DNA of 64,000 nucleotides from an uncultured Candidatus Saccharibacteria bacterium (GTDB lineage Bacteria; Patescibacteriota; Minisyncoccia; Phycocordibacterales; UBA9973), in contig CAYREQ010000001.1 of NCBI GenBank assembly GCA_964423445.1, positions 129,732 through 193,731 on the forward strand, in the 5' to 3' direction. Shown one piece after another: positions 40,113-49,594 of this stretch. Each line of letters begins with the position of its first letter. Within the stretch, counting starts at the first letter, position 1. The translations under genes and the position numbers were made by a program. Below the pieces are notes generated by a model, which worked only from the letters and a program-made list of their open reading frames with translations, was not told where the DNA came from and did no database searches.

Positions 40113-40862
40113 ATGGACGATGTTCAAATCATTATTTTAGCTGCTGGAAAAAGTAAACGCATGGGTGGAGATAACCCAAAAGCATTGGCCATGTTTCATG
40201 GTCGTCCATTTTTGCGTCATATACTAGACACTATCAGTAGTCTAAATTTAAATATAAAACCTGTAATTGTAGTCGGTCATAAAAAGGAACAGATAATAGA
40301 AGCTCTCGGTAACGAATATAAATATGCAGAACAAAATGAACAATTGGGCACAGGGCATGCAGTAAAATGTGCTAAAGATTTTATGGATAAAGAACATAAA
40401 ATTATTTTAGTTATCTCTACTGACCAGCCTACCCTATCAAAAGAAACCATCCAAAATCTCATTTCTAAACATAAAGAAAAATCTGCCACCATTTCCCTCG
40501 CCACTGTCACCGTACCTGATTTTGAAGAATGGAGATCTGGCATGAGGCACTTTGGTAGAATAATAAGAAATGAGAATGAAAAGATTACAGACATCATAGA
40601 ATTTAAAGACGCGAATGAAAAAGAAAAATTGGTAAAAGAATTAAACCCAGCTATATATGCTTTTAATGCGGATTGGCTCTGGGAAAATATAGACAAACTA
40701 AGAAATGAAAATGCTCAAAATGAGTACTATTTGACTGACCTTATAAAGATAGCTTTTGAAGAAAACGAAGACATAGAATCTGTACCTGTATTTAATCTAA
40801 TAGAGGGCTTACAGCCAAACACAAAAGATGAAGTTTCTATGTTAGAAAAAATTGCAGTATAA
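40113..40862 (+). CDS. GlmU-like uridyltransferase domain (no acetyltransferase domain)
   Basis: ILAAGKSKRM, EQLGTGHAV, GRIIR and NAQNEYYLTD motifs. Confidence 0.88.
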   Translation: MDDVQIIILAAGKSKRMGGDNPKALAMFHGRPFLRHILDTISSLNLNIKPVIVVGHKKEQIIEALGNEYKYAEQNEQLGTGHAVKCAKDFMDKEHKIILVISTDQPTLSKETIQNLISKHKEKSATISLATVTVPDFEEWRSGMRHFGRIIRNENEKITDIIEFKDANEKEKLVKELNPAIYAFNADWLWENIDKLRNENAQNEYYLTDLIKIAFEENEDIESVPVFNLIEGLQPNTKDEVSMLEKIAV

Positions 40863-40869
40863 TTGATTT

Positions 40870-42087
40870 ATGCAAAACCCATATCAAAATGCAATGTCTC
40901 AACTAGACAAAGTGACTAAAGTGAAAAACTTTAGTGCTGAATTTATTTCTAAACTAAGACAACCAAATAGAGATATTAGAATTTCTATTCCTGTAAAGAT
41001 GGACGATGGAACACAGAAAATATTTGAAGGATATCGGGTGGAATACAACAATGCTCTCGGCCCATATAAAGGAGGAATACGATATCATCCTGATACTGAA
41101 ATAAATGAAGTGAAAGCCCTCGCCTTTTGGATGGCTATAAAGTGTGCCGTCGCAAATATACCTATGGGTGGAGGAAAGGGTGGCATCACCGTAGACCCCA
41201 AAAAATTATCCAAGGGTGAGCTCGAAAGACTTTCACGCGGATGGGTAGGTAAACTCTCTGATATATTAGGACCACACAAAGACGTGCCTGCCCCAGACGT
41301 AAACACTACGCCAGAAATCATGGCTTGGATGAGTGATGAATTTGAAAAAATAACTGGAGATAAAACCAAAGCGACATTTACTGGTAAACCGATAGAAGCT
41401 GGTGGCTCAGAAGGACGTGGCCCAGCTACGGGCCTCGGTGGATTTTATGTCTTTGACGCTTTGCGTAGTGAATTGGGTTTACCAGAAAAGTGCAATGTGG
41501 TAGTGCAAGGTTTTGGAAATGTCGGCAGTAATGCGGCAGAAATTTTTACCGAACACGGGCACACAGTCGTAGCTATTTCAGACTCCAAGGGTGGAATTTA
41601 TAAAAAAGATGGCATTGATATAAAAAAACTAGGAGAATACAAAAAAAATACAGGTGCTATTTCTGGTTTTGAAGGTAGCACCACTATCACAAATGACGAA
41701 CTACTAGAATTAGAATGTGACGTATTAATACCTGCAGCATTTGAAAACGTAATAACAGATGCTAATGCAGATAAAGTACGCGCTAGGGCTATTTTAGAGC
41801 TTGCCAATGGCCCTATAACTCCCGAAGCAGATGAAATTTTGTTTAAAAAAGGTATTCCTGTAATACCAGATGTTTTAGCAAATTCTGGAGGAGTGACAGT
41901 GTCATATTTTGAATGGGATCAAAATCTCAAAGGAGAACATTGGAGTGAAAAAGAAGTTTTTGATAAATTGCGCCCAATGATGGAAGACGCTGCTAGAAAA
42001 ATTTTAGGAAAAGCAAAAGAAAATAATACCCATCTTCGCATCGGGGCTTTTATCTTGGCTCTTGAAAGAATTCAAGAAAAACTATAA
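40870..42087 (+). CDS. gdhA: Glu/Leu/Phe/Val dehydrogenase (glutamate dehydrogenase)
   Basis: GPYKGGIRYHP, GGGKGG, DVPAPD, QGFGNVG and GGVTVSYFEW motifs. Confidence 0.95.
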   Translation: MQNPYQNAMSQLDKVTKVKNFSAEFISKLRQPNRDIRISIPVKMDDGTQKIFEGYRVEYNNALGPYKGGIRYHPDTEINEVKALAFWMAIKCAVANIPMGGGKGGITVDPKKLSKGELERLSRGWVGKLSDILGPHKDVPAPDVNTTPEIMAWMSDEFEKITGDKTKATFTGKPIEAGGSEGRGPATGLGGFYVFDALRSELGLPEKCNVVVQGFGNVGSNAAEIFTEHGHTVVAISDSKGGIYKKDGIDIKKLGEYKKNTGAISGFEGSTTITNDELLELECDVLIPAAFENVITDANADKVRARAILELANGPITPEADEILFKKGIPVIPDVLANSGGVTVSYFEWDQNLKGEHWSEKEVFDKLRPMMEDAARKILGKAKENNTHLRIGAFILALERIQEKL

Positions 42088-42099
42088 GATTACTGAATC

Positions 42100-42127
42100 G
42101 CGCATTTAGCTCAGTGTAGCGACGCCT
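42100..42127 (+). pseudogene. Degenerate tRNA 5'-end fragment upstream of tRNA-Val
   Basis: GCGCATTTAGCTCAGTGTAGCGACGCCT aligns with gaps to GCGCGATTAGCTCAGTGGTAGAGCGACCCCT. Confidence 0.65.
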
Positions 42128-42156
42128 GTAATACGCTTTTTAAAAAATAAATATAT

Positions 42157-42228
42157 GCGCGATTAGCTCAGTGGTAGAGCGACCCCTTGACGTGGGGTAG
42201 GCCGGGGGTTCAATCCCCTCATCGCGCA
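42157..42228 (+). tRNA. tRNA-Val (GAC)
   Basis: GCGCGATTAGCTCAGTGGTAGAGCGACCCCTT-GAC-GTGGGGTAGGCCGGGGGTTCAATCCCCTCATCGCGCA cloverleaf. Confidence 0.96.
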
Positions 42229-42236
42229 CAGAATTT

Positions 42237-44537
42237 TTAATCTACACTAGCTTCATATTTTCTCATGGCCTCTTCGGCATGCATATGAAAGAGTAAAGTA
42301 ATCAGGTAAGCACGAGCATCATTGTAATCTTGCCCCATTTTTTCCTCACCATTTATCCAGTGTTTTAAAATTTCTTCATCGAGTTTTATCTCTTTAAATT
42401 TTCCGTCTTTTTCTGGTACACGTATTTTACTGACTTTAAATTTATCAATAAGGATTGTGGCAATTTCAGTATTGGTCAAAAAGTTTACCATAGCAGCAGA
42501 GCCTCCTCCCTTGGAACAAAAAGCTTCATACATCTCAATTCCCGCTCCGCCTACATTTCCTTTCTCTGCCCATTTTTTTCTTATGCCATCTATCACCTTT
42601 GCCCACATTTCTCTATGTGAAGAAAACATGCTCCTGACATTTTTTATCTCCTCTATACCTTTTCTAGCATCTGTAAATAATTCTACCCAATGAGAAGGCA
42701 GTGGCAATTTACTATTTTTTTTATTTTCATGAAATTCTTCTACAGTTTTCTTTTCCACCAAGTCTATCAATTCTTCCAATTGTTTTATTTTATTTAAATC
42801 CAATTCTCCCCTCGTTGCTTTCATTAGATTTTCGTGTACACCCTGACTATCGTGTGTCTTGTAGACCTGAGAAACTGTAGTGTCCTTTAATATGTTATTT
42901 TTTTCAAGCCATTTTATAAAATCAAATTTTTCTGTCTCTTTTTTTTCTGTAGCACCTATCATAGCTGCACGAGTGATGACTGCGCGCAATGCTACAGCGT
43001 ACGTATTCCCACCAAACACTTCAGGGGTTAGGTCTGGTCCTGTAAATTCTAATCTAGCACCCGTGGTAAGCTTTGGAGATTCTCCTTCTTTTGATTTTTC
43101 TAAAAATTTTAAAAATTTTGCAAAGGACACACTGTCTCTAGATCGTACTTCTGAATGCATAGGTGCATATGTACGAGTAATACCAGAAGGTGTTTCTATT
43201 TCTATTTTTCCTGTTGTTCTGTCAAAACTGTTTGCTAAACCTTTCAATAATAATTCTTCTTTTAAGAGCTTGAAATCAGTCTCTGGTGGAATCAACCCTG
43301 GAGCACGACTAGTAGGAATTATATTTCTAAGCACAGAACGTCCAGATAAAATATCTACTACCTCACCTTTACTATTTGGTAAGTGCGTCTTTGCTCCGTG
43401 AATCATGTTTCCTGAGTAATTCAATACATTTACAATCTCAGACCAATATATACCTCCATTTACTGCTCCTTTCATTGCAGATTGGGGTATCATTCCGTCT
43501 TTATGCTGAGGAACACCGACAGATATATGCAAAGCTCTAGCCATCCAAGCATCAAAAAGATATGTTCTAACAAAAATTTCTCCTGGTGAACGAGCTGGGT
43601 ATTTAGGGTCACTAGTGATTCCATGCGTATGAGCAATCTGATTCAAAACTTTTAAAACATCTTGATCTTTACTCAAAATAAAAGATAAGTTTTGCAACAT
43701 CTTTGCTGTATAAGCATTTGTAGCTGCATCGAGATAGCCCAAGCTCTGCTGAGCCTTTGGAGGTAATAATTCGAAGTGTTCAGCTTTTAATGCTGTATAT
43801 GGCTCTTCTTTTAAAGGAACTTTCTGTGCCATCGTATTTGTAAATTCCAATATATAGGCTTCATCTTTGGCTTCTTTAAAAATTTCTTTTTGAATTCTTA
43901 CTAATGAATTTTTGAAATCTTTAAAATTTTCTGCTGGGAGCTCTTCGCTGAGTTCGCGCATATTTAAAAATGCTTCTACGAGTCCTTCTTTGCATAAAGA
44001 AAAAGCTCTTCGTGCAGCTCTTTCTTTTCCTTCTTTTGTATCTATATCATATTCTTGTATACCAAATTCTATTTCTTGGCCCATGAGCATGCCGTGCTCG
44101 GCTGTGTCTTTTAGCCAGTCTTTTATAAAAGCTTGGTCGCGAGGAGAATTATCAAGCAATACGACTTGTATCTCATTTGTCATTGCAGAAGAATCATCTG
44201 GAGAAAGTGGCACCATAGGATACATAGGACTTCCATCAATCTTTACACCGATTGGATCTTTTGTAGTATCTTCTCTTCTTCTAAAAGCGCCTTCGGGAAC
44301 TATGAGAGTATACTCAACATCACCAATACCTAAAGATGGGTAAGGTTTGAATGTCATTGCCCAAGAATTACTGCCATAAGGAGAGACCGTAGCACTTGCC
44401 TCTACTTCACCATACTCTCTTAGCATGTGCTCTAATTCTTCTGGGTTTATGCGTTCACCCTCACCTTTTAAATCCAATTTTGGTTTATGAATTTCTTTTT
44501 CAGTATTTTGAAAGTTTTCCATATTTCCTGGATTCAT
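42237..44537 (-). CDS. Large hypothetical protein, possible divergent glutamate-cysteine-ligase/carboxylate-amine ligase fold
   Basis: 766-aa ORF; ordered motifs GQEIEF, ALHISVG, SGR, EVRSR and RLEFTGPD resemble GCS2-type motifs. Confidence 0.6.
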   Translation of the reverse strand: MNPGNMENFQNTEKEIHKPKLDLKGEGERINPEELEHMLREYGEVEASATVSPYGSNSWAMTFKPYPSLGIGDVEYTLIVPEGAFRRREDTTKDPIGVKIDGSPMYPMVPLSPDDSSAMTNEIQVVLLDNSPRDQAFIKDWLKDTAEHGMLMGQEIEFGIQEYDIDTKEGKERAARRAFSLCKEGLVEAFLNMRELSEELPAENFKDFKNSLVRIQKEIFKEAKDEAYILEFTNTMAQKVPLKEEPYTALKAEHFELLPPKAQQSLGYLDAATNAYTAKMLQNLSFILSKDQDVLKVLNQIAHTHGITSDPKYPARSPGEIFVRTYLFDAWMARALHISVGVPQHKDGMIPQSAMKGAVNGGIYWSEIVNVLNYSGNMIHGAKTHLPNSKGEVVDILSGRSVLRNIIPTSRAPGLIPPETDFKLLKEELLLKGLANSFDRTTGKIEIETPSGITRTYAPMHSEVRSRDSVSFAKFLKFLEKSKEGESPKLTTGARLEFTGPDLTPEVFGGNTYAVALRAVITRAAMIGATEKKETEKFDFIKWLEKNNILKDTTVSQVYKTHDSQGVHENLMKATRGELDLNKIKQLEELIDLVEKKTVEEFHENKKNSKLPLPSHWVELFTDARKGIEEIKNVRSMFSSHREMWAKVIDGIRKKWAEKGNVGGAGIEMYEAFCSKGGGSAAMVNFLTNTEIATILIDKFKVSKIRVPEKDGKFKEIKLDEEILKHWINGEEKMGQDYNDARAYLITLLFHMHAEEAMRKYEASVD

Positions 44538-44549
44538 AAAAAAAAATAT

Positions 44550-45035
44550 TTATTGTGTATCTGCTGTAGGTCCGTAAATAGAAGGAACTTTTGCTCCCAT
44601 TGCTCGCAAGTATGTAGATAGCTGGCCTCGGTGATGAATAGCATCAAAGAGAAAGCCCCAAGCCATTCCATATTTTTTATCTTCCCATTTTCCATTTGGA
44701 CCCATGTCTAATACTCCCATGCCATTTTCCCAATCTTCAAGAGAAATATTTTCTACGTTTTTCAAAAGCTCTGTGTATCCTGTATCAAAATTCGAAAGCA
44801 TTTCTGCTCTACTTTTTGCCTCCATAGAATGAGCATTGAAAGCTGGGACTCCGGTCAAAAGTATACCTGATATTGCCTCCCATTGAGCTGAGAGCTGAGC
44901 TGCCAAGTTTCCTGCTTCTCGAGCCTTGTCGTGGACTTTGTGAGAAAATTGATCTTCTGGTAAAGCTTCGATCGCGTCCCGAAATTTCTTTTGCTCTTCT
45001 TTTAATGTTTTAGTGAAAAATTCTTTTGTATTCAT
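44550..45035 (-). CDS. DinB family protein
   Basis: IHHRGQLSTYLRAMGAKVPSIYGP motif. Confidence 0.9.
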   Translation of the reverse strand: MNTKEFFTKTLKEEQKKFRDAIEALPEDQFSHKVHDKAREAGNLAAQLSAQWEAISGILLTGVPAFNAHSMEAKSRAEMLSNFDTGYTELLKNVENISLEDWENGMGVLDMGPNGKWEDKKYGMAWGFLFDAIHHRGQLSTYLRAMGAKVPSIYGPTADTQ

Positions 45036-45132
45036 AAATTTTTATTTTTATTAATTAATATGTTCACATTATAGCCTACTCGAAAAATTGTCACAAATAG
45101 TATATAATCCACAAAACAAATAAGAAAATAAG

Positions 45133-46227
45133 ATGAAAATATTAAGCATAGAATCATCCTGTGACGATACAGGAATTACAATAATGGAAATGACAGGTGG
45201 CTACGGCAAAGCTTCTTTTAAAATACTTGCCGATGCTTCAAATTCACAAATACCAAAACATATACCTTTTGGTGGTGTCTACCCTGCTTTAGCAAAAAAA
45301 GAACACGCAAAAAACTTACCAATTTTATTTAAAGAAGTAATGCTCGAATCAAAACTAGCTAAAAAAGAAAAGCCAGTAGATGCCGTGGCTGTGACTTATG
45401 GACCGGGCTTGGAAATGTGTCTCTGGGAAGGAATTACTTTTGCAAAAGATTTGGCAAAGAAATGGAATGTACCTCTAATACCTACAAATCATATGGAGGG
45501 TCACATATTTTCTGTTTTTGGTAAAAAAAATATCAAAACTAATAAAGGTAAATTTAGTGTAGAAAAAGTAAAGACACCAATGCTATCAATCCTGGTATCT
45601 GGTGGGCACACTCAGCTCATAGTCAGTCGCAAGTGGATGGAGTATGAAATCATCGGTGAGACACTAGATGATGCTGTAGGTGAAGCATATGACAAAGTAG
45701 CCCGAATGCTCGGATTAAATTACCCTGGAGGTCCACAAATTTCTAGACTAGCCGAAGAAATGCGAGCAAAAGAAATAAAACCAAATCTTCCAAAAGAACT
45801 TCCTCGCCCAATGATGCATAGCAAAGATTTTAAATTTTCTTATTCAGGACTCAAGACTGCAGTGCTATATCTGATTCGGGACCTTGGAGGTTTAGAAAAA
45901 TTAAATAAAAAAATGATAAGCCAGATAGCTTTAGAATTTGAAAATGCTGCTATCGAGCCGATAATTTATAAGACAGCGAAAGCTATAGAAAAATACAATA
46001 TCAAAACTATCGCTGTGGGTGGTGGAGTCGCCTGTAATATTCATCTACAAAGAGAATTGAAAAAATTAGCAAAAATATACAAAGTAAAATTGCTCCTTCC
46101 TCAAAAAGAACTGACTGGAGACAATTCGCTCATGATTGGTATTGCTGGCTATCTACAATATATAAAAAATAAAAAGAAAGTACCAAAAATAGATACAGTC
46201 AGGGCGACTGGCACGCTAAAACTTTAA
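45133..46227 (+). CDS. tsaD: tRNA N6-threonylcarbamoyltransferase
   Basis: IESSCDDT, NHMEGH, VSGGHT, DDAVGEAYDK and DNS motifs. Confidence 0.97.
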   Translation: MKILSIESSCDDTGITIMEMTGGYGKASFKILADASNSQIPKHIPFGGVYPALAKKEHAKNLPILFKEVMLESKLAKKEKPVDAVAVTYGPGLEMCLWEGITFAKDLAKKWNVPLIPTNHMEGHIFSVFGKKNIKTNKGKFSVEKVKTPMLSILVSGGHTQLIVSRKWMEYEIIGETLDDAVGEAYDKVARMLGLNYPGGPQISRLAEEMRAKEIKPNLPKELPRPMMHSKDFKFSYSGLKTAVLYLIRDLGGLEKLNKKMISQIALEFENAAIEPIIYKTAKAIEKYNIKTIAVGGGVACNIHLQRELKKLAKIYKVKLLLPQKELTGDNSLMIGIAGYLQYIKNKKKVPKIDTVRATGTLKL

Positions 46228-46266
46228 ATCTCGCCATTTCACTACAAAATGTGATATTATAAGGGT

Positions 46267-48402
46267 ATGGAAGAAAAGTTGCCAGAAAAACTGCTGAAGC
46301 CTTACAGCCCGAAAAATACCGAAGATAGAATTTATAAGCTCTGGGAAGAGAGTGGTTTTTTTAATCCAGATGTTTGTGTAGAAAAAGGCGTCGCTAATAC
46401 AGATGCACCTTATTTTTCTATTGTCCTTCCCCCACCAAATGCTACAGGAGTGCTACACCTCGGCCACACCCTCGAAGACTCTATGCAAGACACGATGATA
46501 CGATACAACAGAATGCAAGGTAAAAAAACTCTTTGGCTACCAGGCACAGATCACGCAGCTATCGCTACTGATGCCAAGGTTGCAAAACTTTTAGAAAAAG
46601 AAGGTATTAAAAAGCGTGACATTGGTAGAGAAAAATTTCTAGAACACGTAGATGTCTTTGTGGCAGATAGTAGAAAGACAATAGTGTCTCAGCTTCGCAA
46701 GATGGGTGCTTCTCTCGACTGGTCTCGTGAAGCATTTACATATGACGAAGCTAGAAATCTGGCTGTAAGAACAGCATTTAAACAAATGTATGATGATGGC
46801 CTTATTTATCGTGGTTCAAAAATCGTAAATTGGGATCCAAAAGGTCAGACTGTGATATCTGATGATGAAATTGTTTACGAAGAGAGAAAAGCGAAACTTT
46901 ACACTTTTAAATATTCAAAAGATTTCCCTATTTCTATATCTACCACTCGCCCAGAAACAAAGGTGGGCGATGTCGCAGTAGCTGTGCACCCTGAAGATGA
47001 TAGATACAAAGAATACGTGGGTAAAGAATATACAGTAGAAAATTTCTGTGGAGTAAAACTAAACATAAAAATAATAGCAGATGAAGCCGTAGAAAAAGAT
47101 TTTGGCACAGGAGCACTAGGGGTGACTCCAGCACACTCTATAATCGACTGGGAAATGGCTGAACGACACAAACTTCCCCATCCACAAGTAATAAACGAAT
47201 ATGCAAAGATGATTGTAGGTGGAGAAAACATACTAGGCAAAAAAACCACTGAGGCTCGTGAAGTAATCGTAGAATGGCTAAAGAGTGAAGGACTTTTAGA
47301 AAAAGAAGAAGAGGTAAATCAAAATATCTCTACAGCAGAACGCACAGGTGGAATCATAGAGCCATTACCAAAATTACAATGGTTTGTAGATGTAAACAAA
47401 AAAATTCCTACTCGTGGTGATAAATCTCTAAAAGAATTGATGCTGGAACCAGTGCGAAATGGAAAAATAAAAATAATGCCAGACCATTTTGAAAAAGTTT
47501 ATTTCAATTGGATAGAAAATCTTCGTGATTGGTGTATAAGTCGCCAAATCTGGTACGGCCACAGAATACCTGTGTGGTATAAAGACAGTGAAATTTTTTG
47601 TGATATAGAAGCACCGAGCGAAAATGGCTGGATTCAAGACGAAGATACACTAGACACATGGTTTTCTTCTGGTCTTTGGACGTTTTCTACACTAGGCTGG
47701 CCTGATATAAATGCAAAAGATCTAAAAAGCTTTCATCCTACAAGTGTGATAAACCCAGGATATGAAATACTTTTCTTTTGGGTAGCTAGAATGATACTAA
47801 TGTCTCAATATTTAATTGGTGAAGTGCCATTTAAAACAGTCTATCTACACGGCATGCTTCGCGACGCAAAAGGTCAAAAATTTAGTAAGTCCCAAGGAAA
47901 TGGTATAGACCCAATAGAAATAATAAATGAATATGGTGCCGATGCACTACGTATGTCTATGATTGTAGGCATAGGTCCAGGAGCTGATGGAAAATTTGAT
48001 TTACAAAAAGTAAAAGCTTATGGAAAATTTAGTAATAAAATATGGAATATCACTCGCTATGTACTCGGCACAGAAAACAAAGGAGGGTTAAAAAAAGAAC
48101 TGATAGATGAGTTTGAAACTCTAGGAAAAGACATCACGGCTGATATGGATAACTTTAGATTTTATTTAGCAGCAGAAAAACTGTATGCTTATATATGGCA
48201 CCGTTTTGCTGATGAAATAATAGAAGAATCAAAAGGTAAAATAGAATACGGGGCTACTCTGTATTATATCTTAGAAAATTCTATGAAATTACTACACCCG
48301 TTTATGCCTTTTGTGACTGAAGAAATTTGGAGCACACTTCCAGGCAAGGAAAATAAATTATTAATGATAGAGCCTTGGCCAATAAATACAGAAAATAAAT
48401 AA
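46267..48402 (+). CDS. valS: Valine--tRNA ligase lacking the C-terminal coiled-coil arm
   Basis: PPPNATGVLHLGH, TTRPET, DWCISRQIWYGH and KFSKS motifs; ends shortly after PFMPFVTEEIW. Confidence 0.96.
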   Translation: MEEKLPEKLLKPYSPKNTEDRIYKLWEESGFFNPDVCVEKGVANTDAPYFSIVLPPPNATGVLHLGHTLEDSMQDTMIRYNRMQGKKTLWLPGTDHAAIATDAKVAKLLEKEGIKKRDIGREKFLEHVDVFVADSRKTIVSQLRKMGASLDWSREAFTYDEARNLAVRTAFKQMYDDGLIYRGSKIVNWDPKGQTVISDDEIVYEERKAKLYTFKYSKDFPISISTTRPETKVGDVAVAVHPEDDRYKEYVGKEYTVENFCGVKLNIKIIADEAVEKDFGTGALGVTPAHSIIDWEMAERHKLPHPQVINEYAKMIVGGENILGKKTTEAREVIVEWLKSEGLLEKEEEVNQNISTAERTGGIIEPLPKLQWFVDVNKKIPTRGDKSLKELMLEPVRNGKIKIMPDHFEKVYFNWIENLRDWCISRQIWYGHRIPVWYKDSEIFCDIEAPSENGWIQDEDTLDTWFSSGLWTFSTLGWPDINAKDLKSFHPTSVINPGYEILFFWVARMILMSQYLIGEVPFKTVYLHGMLRDAKGQKFSKSQGNGIDPIEIINEYGADALRMSMIVGIGPGADGKFDLQKVKAYGKFSNKIWNITRYVLGTENKGGLKKELIDEFETLGKDITADMDNFRFYLAAEKLYAYIWHRFADEIIEESKGKIEYGATLYYILENSMKLLHPFMPFVTEEIWSTLPGKENKLLMIEPWPINTENK

Positions 48403-48404
48403 AA

Positions 48405-49088
48405 ATGTTTAGCGACCCAAAAATTTTAGGTTTAGCATTTATCGGAGGTATCGTCCCTTCACTTTTATGGCTTTGGTTTTGGGTGAAAGAAGAAGAAAAT
48501 GAACCAGAGCCGAAATTGTTACTGACAATTGTATTTATCATGGGTATGCTCGCAGTCATATGTGTATTACCTTTACAAAAATTAATACAGACATATGTAA
48601 GTACCCACGAATTTAAAATAATTGGCTGGGCCAGCATAGAAGAAATAATGAAATTTCTAGCTGTGATGCTAATACTATACAAAACAAATGAAGTGGATGA
48701 GCCAATAGATTGGCCTATATATATGATTACTGGAGCTTTGGGCTTTGCTGCACTTGAAAACACATTATTTTTATTAAAACCTTTATCTTTGGGTGAGACT
48801 ACTGTCAGTCTACTGACAGGACAGCTCCGATTTTTAGGATCTACACTGCTTCACACTGTTTCAAGTGGAGTTTTGGGTATTGCTCTCGGAGTTTCTTTTC
48901 ATTTAAGCAGTTTTAAAAAATATTGGCACGTTTTAATCGGACTAATTTTCGCAATTTCCTTGCATAGTGTCTTTAATTTTTTTATAATAAGAAATAGTGG
49001 TAGTGATTTTTTGAAAGTGTTTGGATTTTTATGGGTAGTCACTATCGTCGTGTTACTACTTTTTGAAAAAGTAAGAAGAATGACATAA
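48405..49088 (+). CDS. PrsW family intramembrane protease
   Basis: EP motif, IEEIMK, LGFAALEN and conserved His residues. Confidence 0.92.
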   Translation: MFSDPKILGLAFIGGIVPSLLWLWFWVKEEENEPEPKLLLTIVFIMGMLAVICVLPLQKLIQTYVSTHEFKIIGWASIEEIMKFLAVMLILYKTNEVDEPIDWPIYMITGALGFAALENTLFLLKPLSLGETTVSLLTGQLRFLGSTLLHTVSSGVLGIALGVSFHLSSFKKYWHVLIGLIFAISLHSVFNFFIIRNSGSDFLKVFGFLWVVTIVVLLLFEKVRRMT

Positions 49089-49115
49089 AATTATTAATTA
49101 AATTATTTAAAATTT

Positions 49116-49592
49116 ATGGAAAATAAAAAAAGAAGTTTTTTTGAGAGATTAACAGGAAGCATAAGCATGAAAGAAGAGCAGGATGAAAGAGAAGAATACT
49201 CAAAAGAGACAACTAAAAATGATAAAAAATCTGTCAGCAACTGGGTAGAAGAAGAACCAGAAGAAGCAGAGTTGGCTGTAGACTTATACCAAACAAATGC
49301 AGACATCGTAGTGCAGACCATGGTGGCTGGAGTAAGACCAGAAGACTTAGAATTGGTAATCGGTAGAGATGTGGTCACTATACGTGGTAAGCGTGAAGAA
49401 AATAAATCCATAGATGAAGATAATTATTTCACAAAAGAATTATACTGGGGCAAGTTTTCTCGTACTATCACACTCCCTGCTGAAGTAGAACCAGAAGAAG
49501 CAGAAGCTACAGAAAAACACGGTCTACTAACTATAAAAATACAGAAAGTAGATAAGGAAAAAAAGAACAGCGTAAAAGTAAAATCTATATAA
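49116..49592 (+). CDS. Hsp20/alpha-crystallin chaperone
   Basis: AGVRPEDL, GKFSRTITLP and HGLLTI motifs. Confidence 0.94.
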   Translation: MENKKRSFFERLTGSISMKEEQDEREEYSKETTKNDKKSVSNWVEEEPEEAELAVDLYQTNADIVVQTMVAGVRPEDLELVIGRDVVTIRGKREENKSIDEDNYFTKELYWGKFSRTITLPAEVEPEEAEATEKHGLLTIKIQKVDKEKKNSVKVKSI

Positions 49593-49594
49593 TG

